From IMG/VR virus record IMGVR_UViG_3300037280_000106, positions 1 to 61,797 of that record: a DNA stretch of 61,797 nucleotides, one strand, 5' to 3'. Within the stretch, counting starts at the first letter, position 1; every line of letters begins with the position of its first letter. A program made the position numbers and the translations under genes. This DNA is from a virus (lineage: Duplodnaviria > Caudoviricetes). This document shows, piece after piece, positions 50,831 to 60,714 of the stretch. Below the pieces are notes generated by a model that saw only the letters and a program-made list of their open reading frames with translations, made no database searches and was not told where the DNA came from.

Positions 50831-53800
50831 ATGGCAAAACTAACCACAGACTTATTAACAGGCGTTCAATTCTTATTGAATATTGATTTACCTGTAAGCG
50901 GTTCGTCAATAATCGAAACCGATCCGACCGTTCCAAATTATATTAAGCAAATATCATCAGGTGATATTGCTAACTGGAATTCTAAACAGCCTGCTGGAAA
51001 TTATCAGTCGGCTTCGGGATTTACTGCCCATGCTACTGACTTAAATATTCATTATGCTCAGTCTGGCATCACTATAACTGAAAGTCAGGTAACTAATCTA
51101 TCTACAGATTTAGCGAATAGATCACTAACAGGACACACTCATTCACAATATTTAACGACCGAAAATGACCCGACAGTACCTGATAATGTTAAGGCTATAA
51201 CTACTGGCGATACAGCTAACTGGAATTCTAAACAGCCTGCTGGCGATTATGTGCTTACGCCTACTTTTACAGGACATACTAGCGATTTGACAATTCACTA
51301 TCAGCAATCTGGTATAACTATTACCGAAAATCAGGTGACTAATCTTGTTAACGATTTAGCTGGCAAGTCATCTACTGGACATACACATACTGGCGTATAT
51401 CAGCCTATTGGAGCATATTTAGTCACTGCTGATATTGCTGGCAAAGAAGACTCTAGCAATAAAGTGACAATTATAACATCAGGTTCTACAAATACTCAAT
51501 ACCCAAGTGCTAAGCTTCTTTATGATCAATTAGCAACTAAACAGCCAACAGGGGCTTATTTAACGTCATTCACTGAAACCGATCCCACTGTTCCAGCTAA
51601 TGTTAAGGCAATAACTACAGGCGACACCACCAACTGGAATTCAAAGCAAGCTTCTGGCGATTATGTGCTTACGCCTACATTTACAGGACATACCGCCAAT
51701 GCTACTATACACTATGCACAGTCTGGTATAACTATTACCGAAAGTCAAGTGACAAACCTTGTTAATGACTTAGCTGGTAAGTCATCTACAGGGCATACGC
51801 ATACAGGCGTTTATCAGCCTGTTGGCAGTTATTTAGTCGCTGCTGATATTACAGGCAAAGAAGATAGTTCTAACAAAGTAACAATTATAACATCAGGTTC
51901 TACTAACACTCAATATCCAAGTGCTAAATTGCTTTATGACCAATTAGCAACCAAACAGCCAACAGGAGCTTATTTATTGCCTGCTGATATTACAGGTAAA
52001 ATGAATTTAAATCAAGCTAGCCGCCAGACAATTATAAATGGCGCACCCACATTCAGCGAAGGCTTGACATTAGGAACTAATCCAACAGGAACAACTTTTG
52101 AAGCAGGTAAAATTTATTATGATGCCCCTAATAAAACTTTGGGAATTTGCATTGATACTGATGTTACAATACAATTAGGTCAGGAGGAACTTGTTTTATG
52201 TTATAACAATACTGGCGCAGATATTCCTAACGGTATGATGGTATACCCAACAGGCGCAAATGGCGATATGCCTACGATAGCTTTAGCTAGAGCTGATAAC
52301 ACTGTTTTAGGATCATTCCTAGACATTGGTATGACTACACAGGTTATACCGAATGGACAAAGTGGATTTGTTACAAACAGAGGAATTGTTCATAACATAG
52401 ATACGTCTGCTTTTGTTGCTGGCGATACATTATATCTTAGCACATCTGTTTGGGGTGGCGTAACCAAAGTGCCGCCTACCAGCATTGACGACTTCTTGGT
52501 AAAAGTAGGTGTGGCATTAATGATAAGTCCAACTGTAGGTTCAATATATGTTAGACAAATTCTAAATAATAGAATAACTGACCTTGTTGATGTTGCCATT
52601 GATACGCCTATCGTTGATCAAACTTTAGTATGGAATGGCTTGAACTGGATCAACAAAAACTTGGCATCAGTAAATGCTGGTATTGGAGTTAATTTCTATC
52701 TTGATGATACTCAGATTATAACAGGCGGAACGCAATCAGTCGCATTACATACACTATCAAAAGTGCCAGTAACAACAACCGAAGTTATTGATCAGGTCAC
52801 GCTTGTAACAGGAAATTTAACACAAATATTAGACAGATACTTGTATGACGTGGCATTGGGCGGAACGCAAATAGACGCTGGCGCATGGGGTTTTAACACA
52901 TACTGTATGGTCAATAACTCTGGAGGTATTGCCACAATTCCTGTGACAATGCGTAAAGTTGTTGCTGGTACAGGCACTGTGACGATTACAGGCACTGGAA
53001 CATCAAGAACAGCCACAGTATCAGGCGGAACGCCATTTGTTGCTGGCGACGTAAATGCAAATATGACGCTTTCTGGTCTACTTAGAACTTCAACTGCTAT
53101 ATTTAGAATCATTGCTTATACCAGTACTTCTGTAGTTACTGTTGAGACATTGACAACATATGTTAATGAGGCTAATGTCGCATACAGCAATCATAAATTT
53201 TTATTTACTGATAATATAACCGAAATTAATCAAACAACTGTTGGCTTAACCACAACAAATTCATTTCAGCCTGCTTTTAGCATAAATGCTACTGATAAAT
53301 TGGGCGTGACTTATTATGGTCAGAGTGACACAAATAACAGAACTGTTACACTTTATCATAATGGAACAACCCATTATACTAATTTCACGACGCCTTTAGT
53401 TATTAGACATAATGACTTATCTGGATTACAAGGCGGTACGTCAACAGAAAGATACCATGTACCAGCCGCTACTGCAACGTTGCTAGCTGCTTTAACATCA
53501 ACTTCTGATGAATTAAATGCGTTGCATGGCATTCCATCGGGCTTAACCGCCACTGAATTAGGATATGTTGATGGCGTAACATCGTCTATTCAAACGCAAT
53601 TAAATGCTAAACTCGGTAAAGTTAGAACTACATATTCTATAACAGGCGCAACGACCTTATCATCAACGCATGCAGGTGCAACCATTGAATGTAACGGAAC
53701 ATTTGCACTAACATTGGGTAATGCTACGCAGCAGGGCACAATTATTGATATTGTAAATGTTGGCACTGGTATTATTACATTGGCAGCGTCTACAACGATT

Positions 53801-55711
53801 TTGAGTAGAGATGGACTATTAACATTGAGCAAGCAGTATTCTAAAGTAACTGCTTATCATCAAGGATCGAATATATGGATCATATATGATATATTACCAT
53901 CTGAATTAATTTATTTATCAGGAACTACCTCAAATGTTCAAACTCAATTAAATGCTAAATTATCAGCTACTAATAACAAGTTGATACCATCAGATTTCGT
54001 GTGGACAGGCACATTAACAGGCTCGAATCTAACATGGGTTATAACATACAGTCATACAATTAGTGGAAATGTTACGATTCCATCTGGTGTAACTCTCGTC
54101 TTTATGGGTGGATCATTAAATGGCATCACAACGTTAACAGGTACTAATACAAAAATAATTGCTGATGACGCCAATATCATTTCAGCAACAACAATTGATG
54201 GAACATGGTATTCTGATCATGTATGGTTTAAATGGTTTGGGGCAAAGGGCGATGCTGTCACCGATGATTATGTTAAAGGTCAGCAATTACTAGATTGGGC
54301 TTATTCTAATCACTCTATGAAAGTTTACATGGGTGTCGGACGTTTTAATGTGACTGCAAGCGGTTTCACAATAAAAACTGACTTTGAAGGCGAAGGCAAT
54401 AGAACGTATGGATACAATAGTGAGATATATAATCGTACAACCGCAGGCTATGGCGTAAAAATTGCTGAAAGATATATAGCATTGGCAAACTTCACTGTAT
54501 ATGGCAATGCAACAGCAAATTACGGTGTTGGTGCAACCTGTGGAGACGGCGTTCTGTTCGATGGCACAATTTATACAGGAATTCAATATGTCACGCTAAG
54601 AAATGTTGTATCTATTAGAAATTCTTATGGATTTAGATTCACAGGCGGCGCATGGTTAATAAATATTTATGATAGCTATGCGATTGAAAATCTTTACGAC
54701 GGATTCAATTGCGATAGTGCTGAAAGTGCCCCGACAAATACAGGTCAAAAAAATGATATAAACTACTACTCTTGCACATCAACAGGTAATGGACGTAATG
54801 GTTGGACTATTTGGGGTATGAGCTTACATTTTTATGGTTGTGACGCCGAATTAAATTATGGTTCTGGTGTTGATATTACAAGTGTCTTATCTCCAAACAG
54901 AACCTTTGATGTTGACAATTACAATACATTAATAAGTGGCATGCATTTCGAAGGAAATGGTCGTGGATCAATCCACGTTGCTGCTGGTATTTATAATGGA
55001 CATTATTTCTACTGTAGAGGTTTGATTGTTGAAGGCTGCTATTCATATGAGGATACCGCTTTATTTAAAGGAGGCTGGGTTAATTCAATATTATTTGAAT
55101 CTTATGGTAGTGTAAACGAAGGAACTGGAGCAATTAGAACGATTAGAATTGAAAAAAATACATTTACAGGCTCACATGCTGTTTATTGTAATTTCAACGG
55201 TTTATTAGATGCTCAATCGTCAATAGACTTGCCAACAGATACTCATTATGTTGGATTCGGTAGAGCAGCGAATCCTAATCAGTATAGAACGCTTGTTGTT
55301 TCAGGGTATTTTTATGCTAAAGGTGTTACATGGACAAACGTTTTACGTTCTGAAACTGTTGCCACTGGAACAGTTGTGGCATTTCCATTAACGCTTCCAA
55401 CAAACTGTAACATACAGCAATACAAGATTTGGGTTCAAACAGACGCCACCAATTATACGGTGACATTCAATACCATTTCAAGGGATGCTCTAGCTGGTAT
55501 TGGTGCTTATAGTAATTCATTAATATATTCAGATGCAATCACTGGAAACTCTGGAAGCAAATTAGTGAATTCATCAACAACAGGAAATTATACAGCATCA
55601 AATCGTGTTGTTGAGGCAAGTAATGATATGTATCTCACAATTACCATAACCATCATAACGCCAGGCACATACCTATACTTAGGCAATCCTGTTATATTGT
55701 ATAAACCTTAA
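50831..55711 (+). CDS. Tail fibre/tailspike with N-terminal repeats and a C-terminal beta-helix (putative depolymerase)
   Basis: 1626 aa, Thr/Gly-rich; E(T/N)DPTVP repeats, GHTH motifs, SSIQTQLNAK, WFGAKGDAVTDD, GN-rich beta-helix pattern. Confidence 0.8.
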   Translation: MAKLTTDLLTGVQFLLNIDLPVSGSSIIETDPTVPNYIKQISSGDIANWNSKQPAGNYQSASGFTAHATDLNIHYAQSGITITESQVTNLSTDLANRSLTGHTHSQYLTTENDPTVPDNVKAITTGDTANWNSKQPAGDYVLTPTFTGHTSDLTIHYQQSGITITENQVTNLVNDLAGKSSTGHTHTGVYQPIGAYLVTADIAGKEDSSNKVTIITSGSTNTQYPSAKLLYDQLATKQPTGAYLTSFTETDPTVPANVKAITTGDTTNWNSKQASGDYVLTPTFTGHTANATIHYAQSGITITESQVTNLVNDLAGKSSTGHTHTGVYQPVGSYLVAADITGKEDSSNKVTIITSGSTNTQYPSAKLLYDQLATKQPTGAYLLPADITGKMNLNQASRQTIINGAPTFSEGLTLGTNPTGTTFEAGKIYYDAPNKTLGICIDTDVTIQLGQEELVLCYNNTGADIPNGMMVYPTGANGDMPTIALARADNTVLGSFLDIGMTTQVIPNGQSGFVTNRGIVHNIDTSAFVAGDTLYLSTSVWGGVTKVPPTSIDDFLVKVGVALMISPTVGSIYVRQILNNRITDLVDVAIDTPIVDQTLVWNGLNWINKNLASVNAGIGVNFYLDDTQIITGGTQSVALHTLSKVPVTTTEVIDQVTLVTGNLTQILDRYLYDVALGGTQIDAGAWGFNTYCMVNNSGGIATIPVTMRKVVAGTGTVTITGTGTSRTATVSGGTPFVAGDVNANMTLSGLLRTSTAIFRIIAYTSTSVVTVETLTTYVNEANVAYSNHKFLFTDNITEINQTTVGLTTTNSFQPAFSINATDKLGVTYYGQSDTNNRTVTLYHNGTTHYTNFTTPLVIRHNDLSGLQGGTSTERYHVPAATATLLAALTSTSDELNALHGIPSGLTATELGYVDGVTSSIQTQLNAKLGKVRTTYSITGATTLSSTHAGATIECNGTFALTLGNATQQGTIIDIVNVGTGIITLAASTTILSRDGLLTLSKQYSKVTAYHQGSNIWIIYDILPSELIYLSGTTSNVQTQLNAKLSATNNKLIPSDFVWTGTLTGSNLTWVITYSHTISGNVTIPSGVTLVFMGGSLNGITTLTGTNTKIIADDANIISATTIDGTWYSDHVWFKWFGAKGDAVTDDYVKGQQLLDWAYSNHSMKVYMGVGRFNVTASGFTIKTDFEGEGNRTYGYNSEIYNRTTAGYGVKIAERYIALANFTVYGNATANYGVGATCGDGVLFDGTIYTGIQYVTLRNVVSIRNSYGFRFTGGAWLINIYDSYAIENLYDGFNCDSAESAPTNTGQKNDINYYSCTSTGNGRNGWTIWGMSLHFYGCDAELNYGSGVDITSVLSPNRTFDVDNYNTLISGMHFEGNGRGSIHVAAGIYNGHYFYCRGLIVEGCYSYEDTALFKGGWVNSILFESYGSVNEGTGAIRTIRIEKNTFTGSHAVYCNFNGLLDAQSSIDLPTDTHYVGFGRAANPNQYRTLVVSGYFYAKGVTWTNVLRSETVATGTVVAFPLTLPTNCNIQQYKIWVQTDATNYTVTFNTISRDALAGIGAYSNSLIYSDAITGNSGSKLVNSSTTGNYTASNRVVEASNDMYLTITITIITPGTYLYLGNPVILYKP
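50915..51980 (+). repeat. Internal coding repeats starting at 50915, 51161 and 51575 (last two units about 414 bp)
   Basis: Near-identical peptide blocks with synonymous DNA differences. Confidence 0.85.
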
Positions 55712-55724
55712 GTCTTATCACTAT

Positions 55725-55762
55725 AAAAATCCGTAAATTAGAAATGATTTACGGATTTTTTA
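55725..55762 (+). terminator. Intrinsic terminator, possibly bidirectional
   Basis: AAAAATCCGTAAAT...ATTTACGGATTTTT. Confidence 0.75.
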
Positions 55763-55831
55763 TTTAATAACTATCAAAATCTGTAACAAACAAAAAGTTT
55801 GCTCGTATAAGCGAGAAAATAATACGAACGA

Positions 55832-56716
55832 ATGACAGATTTAGAAGTTATTAACAAATTGCTTGCTTCGAAAAAGCCAAGCGATATTTTTGAGGCTGAT
55901 TGGAAGAAAACATACATTACGTATTCCAAGCTAATTCATCCAGACTATAGTTCATTATCCAAAGCAAGCGAAGCAATGGCAATCCTCAACGGTTATAAGG
56001 ATTTAAAGGAAAATGGCGCAGAGTATGAGGATGAAGCTGGTAAGTTTCGTGTCTTTGACGATAAGATAGTCTACGCAGTGACTGCGGCGAATAAAGCTTT
56101 AATCACCGCTTCGTACAATAACTATCGAATCTTCAAACAAAAAACAGATGCTGCTTCAAAGAACTTTCAGAAATACATGCCTGAAAGCATGGAATTAACT
56201 GCCGATAAACTTACCGTACATTTATTGAATCGAGCAGTACCTCTTACAAATCAAAAATTGTCACAAGAGCATGTTAATTGGATATTCAGCAGACTGTTTG
56301 AATACTCATTATATATTCAAAGTCAAGGTTATTCCCATTTAGGCTTTAATCCGACATCTGTATTCGTCGTGCCAGTTAATCATGGCATTATATGCACGAC
56401 TTTTTATCACATGGCAAAACTGGACGGCAAAGCTAAGACAATTTCAGCAAAATACAAAATGTGGTATCCAGCAACGCTTTTTACAAAGAAAATTGCGACA
56501 GATGATATTGATCTCGAATTAGCAAAGAAGATATCCTTATACTTGCTTGGCGACAAATCAGCCGCTGGTATGAAGCTAAAGACTGATAACTCCATTCACA
56601 AGGAGATATTAAGTTTCCTGATCACAAAACACGAATGCTCTTTAGATACCTATGCCAAGTACAGGGAACTATTGAAGAAGCATTTTCCGCCAAAATTTTT
56701 TGATTTGAATTTGTAA
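55832..56716 (+). CDS. J-domain-like N-terminus fused to a degenerate kinase-like domain
   Basis: Y..YSKLIHPD (HPD); HVNWIFSRL, GYSHLGFNPTSVFVVPVNHG, DIDL. Confidence 0.55.
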   Translation: MTDLEVINKLLASKKPSDIFEADWKKTYITYSKLIHPDYSSLSKASEAMAILNGYKDLKENGAEYEDEAGKFRVFDDKIVYAVTAANKALITASYNNYRIFKQKTDAASKNFQKYMPESMELTADKLTVHLLNRAVPLTNQKLSQEHVNWIFSRLFEYSLYIQSQGYSHLGFNPTSVFVVPVNHGIICTTFYHMAKLDGKAKTISAKYKMWYPATLFTKKIATDDIDLELAKKISLYLLGDKSAAGMKLKTDNSIHKEILSFLITKHECSLDTYAKYRELLKKHFPPKFFDLNL

Positions 56717-56814
56717 AAATAATTGCAAAATTTTGTAACATTTTTAAAGTTCATACGTATAAGTTATTTTAAGTATCAATATAAACATCAATTTTTAATT
56801 TAAATTTTATTATC

Positions 56815-56940
56815 ATGGGAAATCCAGTACATTCAGAATTCAAGTCTTTCGAAGAGGAAGCAGCAGCATCAGAAAATGCAACAGTGGTAGCACCAGCAGA
56901 AGAAGTTGCTAACGTTGTAACACCTGAGCCAGAAGCATAA
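56815..56940 (+). CDS. 41-aa acidic peptide (MGNPVHSEFKSFEEEAAASENATVVAPAEEVANVVTPEPEA)
   Basis: Follows the promoter at 56734; TAATG coupling to the vWA gene. Confidence 0.55.
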   Translation: MGNPVHSEFKSFEEEAAASENATVVAPAEEVANVVTPEPEA

Positions 56941-57863
56941 TGGGCGGTGGAAAATGGACGGAAGATGCGTTTGCAACCATAAGCGCATCCAAAAGAGGTA
57001 AATCGGCTTCGGAAATCTTCGCAAGCGAAGAATCAGTTGATATGACCCCAAAGATTCTTGTTGACAAGAACAGAGAATCAAGGGATAGCGACGAGCATCC
57101 AGAATCTTTAGCCGTAATGGTATTTGTCGATGTTACAGGCAGCATGGGAATGGTTCCTGAAAATATCGTAAAAAACAATCTTGGTGGACTGATGAACACC
57201 ATCATCGACAATGGCATCAAAGACCCACAGGTCATGTTTGGAGCAATTGGAGATCATATCAGCGACGACTCTCCGCTTCAATTAGGTCAATTTGAATCAG
57301 AGACAACTTTGATTGACAGCTGGCTTACAAAAATGTACATCGAAAGAGGCGGTGGCGGTGGTAATCACGAAAGCTACCTGTTAGCTTGGCTTACTGCTGG
57401 AAGGCACACTTCGATTGACTGTTTCGAAAAAAGAAGCGTAAAAGGTTTCTTATTCACAATCGGCGACGAACGTAGCTGGACTGAAATCAATTCTAATTAT
57501 CTGAAAAAGGTAATGGGGTATACTCAATCCGAAGACGTTACTGACGTACAGTTGCTTGCAGAAGCACAGCGAATGTATAATGTATACCACATTCATGTAA
57601 ATGAAACTGGTTACAGAAACGACTCGCTCGTATTCAACTACTGGAAAGATTTGATGGGACAGAATTTCATTGTTCTTGAAGACTACACCACGATTTGCGA
57701 AACTATCGCCACCGTTATTGCCATGCAGAATGGTATTGACATGGAAAAAGTAACTAGCAAATTTAGTGCAAAAACATCCAGCACAGTTACCAATGCTTTA
57801 ATGGTATTGTCTAAATCAGGCGATTCTATTTCAAAGAACGATACAGGGGTTATTGAACTATAA
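56940..57863 (+). CDS. vWA (MIDAS) domain protein
   Basis: MGGGKW, DVTGSMG, AIGD, QLGQFES, GGGG..ESY, FTIGDE. Confidence 0.85.
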   Translation: MGGGKWTEDAFATISASKRGKSASEIFASEESVDMTPKILVDKNRESRDSDEHPESLAVMVFVDVTGSMGMVPENIVKNNLGGLMNTIIDNGIKDPQVMFGAIGDHISDDSPLQLGQFESETTLIDSWLTKMYIERGGGGGNHESYLLAWLTAGRHTSIDCFEKRSVKGFLFTIGDERSWTEINSNYLKKVMGYTQSEDVTDVQLLAEAQRMYNVYHIHVNETGYRNDSLVFNYWKDLMGQNFIVLEDYTTICETIATVIAMQNGIDMEKVTSKFSAKTSSTVTNALMVLSKSGDSISKNDTGVIEL

Positions 57864-57961
57864 CAACTGACACGAATATAAAAGGCGATGATATTAAATT
57901 ATTATCGCCTTTTTTGTAACCTTTTATATTTTATACCGTATAAATTATAAACAATCACAAT

Positions 57962-58477
57962 ATGAATAACGGAAAAGACTATAGTGACGAAGACAAGCAA
58001 GCTTCAAAAGACTTCGGCGACACAGGCATCAATTATGGTAACGAGATCAGTTTAGCATATGACTACAATTGTCGTAAAATAGAAGCGGATGCCGAGGCAG
58101 AAACAGCGTTGGCTGAGTTCGAAGCTGAAATGAGATATGTGCAAAGAGGTATTGTTCGAAAAAATAATGCCGCTGTAATGTTTGTCAAAGATAATATCTC
58201 ATATGATTTCGATCTAATTGAATTAGACGATCTTGATTGGCAACATATCGGATATGTTGAAGTCGAAGAAACTGACGAAAAGGAATCAGGATATTCGGAC
58301 TATAAATTTTACTATGAAAAGGGTGATCGTAAGTTAAAATATATGCGTCAGGACGATGAAGGCGACTATCATAACTTAGTATGGCAAACCGTAGGATATC
58401 TCGGTGACGATTACTCAGGCTATTTGCTTTTTCCATTAAAAGATGGAAGATACTGGAAAATATTGTATTCTTGTTAA
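57962..58477 (+). CDS. Hypothetical acidic protein
   Basis: Follows the terminator-promoter at 57880-57943. Confidence 0.55.
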   Translation: MNNGKDYSDEDKQASKDFGDTGINYGNEISLAYDYNCRKIEADAEAETALAEFEAEMRYVQRGIVRKNNAAVMFVKDNISYDFDLIELDDLDWQHIGYVEVEETDEKESGYSDYKFYYEKGDRKLKYMRQDDEGDYHNLVWQTVGYLGDDYSGYLLFPLKDGRYWKILYSC

Positions 58478-58497
58478 TTAACTGTAAAAAATAATAT

Positions 58498-59658
58498 ATG
58501 GAAGCTAGTGTTGTAGTCGGGCTAGGATATGGCGACGAGGGTAAGGGAAGCATGGTTAATTTCCTTTGTAAAAAATATTATAAAAAGCCGCTAGTGGTCA
58601 GGTACTCTAGCGGCCACCAAGTAGGACATACTGTTGTCGAAGGTGATAAAAGACATGTCTTTTCAAATTTCGGCTCAGGAACGCTATCAAATGCGCCTAC
58701 ATACTGGTCTGAATACTGTACCGTCAATCCTTCCGCAATAAGATCAGAGGGGAAAGCACTAGCGGCATTGAAAGTGTTTCCGACATTATACATAAACGAC
58801 AACGCTATGATCACAACGCCATATGATATATTAAAAAATCGTATGGTTGAAACAAAAAACAGGCATGGAAGTGTTGGCGTTGGGTTTGGCACGACGATTC
58901 AAAGAAATGAGGATCATTTCAAATTATATGCCAGAGACTTACGTTACCCAAAGGTGTTCGAAGCCAAATTAAAACAAATTAGCGACGTTTACTATAAAGA
59001 AACTTTTAAAGAATATCCAGCAGATTACATCGAAAAGCATATTGCCAATTTTAAGGCTGATTGTAAGCACATTCTACATGAATGCATGTTTTCTTCAAGT
59101 CTTTGGGAAGTTCTTGAACATGGGTACTATAAACATATTATATTTGAAGGTAATCAGGGTATCATGCTTGATCAAGACTTTGGGTTCTTTCCGAATGTTA
59201 CCAGAGGTAGTACCACTTCAAAAAATGCTTTTGAGTTGATGAAGTCAATTAAGATGAATCCTAGTAATGCTGACGTTTATTATATAACACGTGCTTATGC
59301 TACTCGTCACGGTAATGGCGAATTGGCTAATGAAGGCATGCCCACATCATATATCAAAGACAATCCGCTTGAAACGAATGTATTAGGCGAATTTCAAGGA
59401 CATTTCAGAAAAGCACCACTTGATTTAGAAACATTAAAGTATGCAATGTCTTGTGATAAAACTTTCAATCAGAATGGAACGTCAATGCTGGCTGTAACAT
59501 GTCTTGACCAAATTCCAGAAAGAATACCGATCATAAATGGCGATAAGATTGATTTATTATATCCATCACAAATCGGCTCAATTCTGAATATTAGTCCGCA
59601 AAACATCTTGGTGAGCAATTCAGACAAAGGACTATTTGTAAATCCAATTGAACTATGA
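58498..59658 (+). CDS. Divergent adenylosuccinate synthetase-like protein
   Basis: GLGYGDEGKG, GHQVGHT, FGSGT, HGSVGVG, FEGNQG.MLD, P.VT, TRAYATRHGNG, TCLD. Confidence 0.85.
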   Translation: MEASVVVGLGYGDEGKGSMVNFLCKKYYKKPLVVRYSSGHQVGHTVVEGDKRHVFSNFGSGTLSNAPTYWSEYCTVNPSAIRSEGKALAALKVFPTLYINDNAMITTPYDILKNRMVETKNRHGSVGVGFGTTIQRNEDHFKLYARDLRYPKVFEAKLKQISDVYYKETFKEYPADYIEKHIANFKADCKHILHECMFSSSLWEVLEHGYYKHIIFEGNQGIMLDQDFGFFPNVTRGSTTSKNAFELMKSIKMNPSNADVYYITRAYATRHGNGELANEGMPTSYIKDNPLETNVLGEFQGHFRKAPLDLETLKYAMSCDKTFNQNGTSMLAVTCLDQIPERIPIINGDKIDLLYPSQIGSILNISPQNILVSNSDKGLFVNPIEL

Positions 59659-60225
59659 TAAACGTTGCTTATAAAATTGTTGAGAAACAGCCAGATGGCT
59701 CTTACAAGTTTTTATTTTATAACAGAAGAAAAACTTTTGGGTTTGGGAACGTTCTTATAGCCGAAAAGAAATGGGGTTATGATGGCTATAATACCGATGG
59801 CTCAAAAAAGCTTTATATGACAGGTATTCATGTGATAGAAACACTTGAACTGTGCTTGAAGTATCTGAAACGCTTTAAAAGAACTGACAATAAAGCAATT
59901 GTTTTTTGTGAAGTTGAAGCTGTGCGTAGGAAGCCACGTAGTCGATATGGTGTTATGCTTGCCGACAGTGCTGTTGTGCTTTCGGAAGTATTTATTCCAT
60001 ATGAGCAGAAGTAGAAAAAAGACACCGATTGAAAGGCATGCTGGGGATTCACAAAAAGAGAGTAAACAGCAGTGTAATAGAATTTTTCGACGTGTCAGTA
60101 AAATCAATATTGGCATGGACAGCGACCCTTTGTTTAATAAAAATGAAGCGTTAGATGAATATAGCATGAGTGGTGATGGTAAACGCTATGTTAAAGACGT
60201 ATGTGAAAGACATATGAGGAAGTAA
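59655..60225 (+). other. Two hypothetical ORFs (59655-60014; 60001-60225, MSRSRKKTPI)
   Basis: ORF track, second start reassigned. Confidence 0.55.
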
Positions 60226-60327
60226 ATATTTTACATATGTGTATAATTGTCATAATGATCAAATAAAATCCTTATCCCAAGTTGTTTTTGTTAATTTTCT
60301 GTATTTATACTAAACGGTAAATTAATC

Positions 60328-60603
60328 ATGGCAGCAGCAGATACTCTAAACAAAAATGTCCAAGTACCGATTTGGGCAATCGGTACAATAATGACAATTT
60401 TAATTGCATTATTTTCGTTTACTTATAGTTTTAGCAAGGAATTCAGTAAGGTGGCAACGCAAATCGAATTAAATACTGTTGATATTAGATATTTACAGCA
60501 AACCAAAACTGATAAGGAAACAATTTTCACAATTGTTAATACGTTAGAACGCATCGAAACTAAATTGGATAATCATATTGCGCAGTCCGCAAGTAGATAT
60601 TAA
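60328..60603 (+). CDS. Single-TM coiled-coil late protein (holin-like candidate)
   Basis: GTATTTAT at 60301; TM segment then LERIETKLD. Confidence 0.4.
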   Translation: MAAADTLNKNVQVPIWAIGTIMTILIALFSFTYSFSKEFSKVATQIELNTVDIRYLQQTKTDKETIFTIVNTLERIETKLDNHIAQSASRY

Positions 60604-60714
60604 TCAATAATCAATGCTTAATATTATAGCGAAGTATCTAAAAAATACTTCGCTTTTTTTGTAACAAAAAATCAAAACCACCGTATAAGTAATAAATTCG
60701 TCTGGATATTCCAG

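Noticed and set aside
50915-51980. Diversity-generating retroelement TR/VR pair
   Set aside because: Differences are synonymous rather than adenine-specific, and no reverse transcriptase is in the window
58498-59658. PurZ (2-aminoadenine DNA) call
   Set aside because: Keeps Asp in GDEGKG where PurZ has Ser (GSTGKG), and no DatZ-like partner is nearby
5583-60167. Many 60-120 aa antisense or nested ORFs inside larger genes
   Set aside because: They overlap well-supported plus-strand CDSs and show no motifs or promoters
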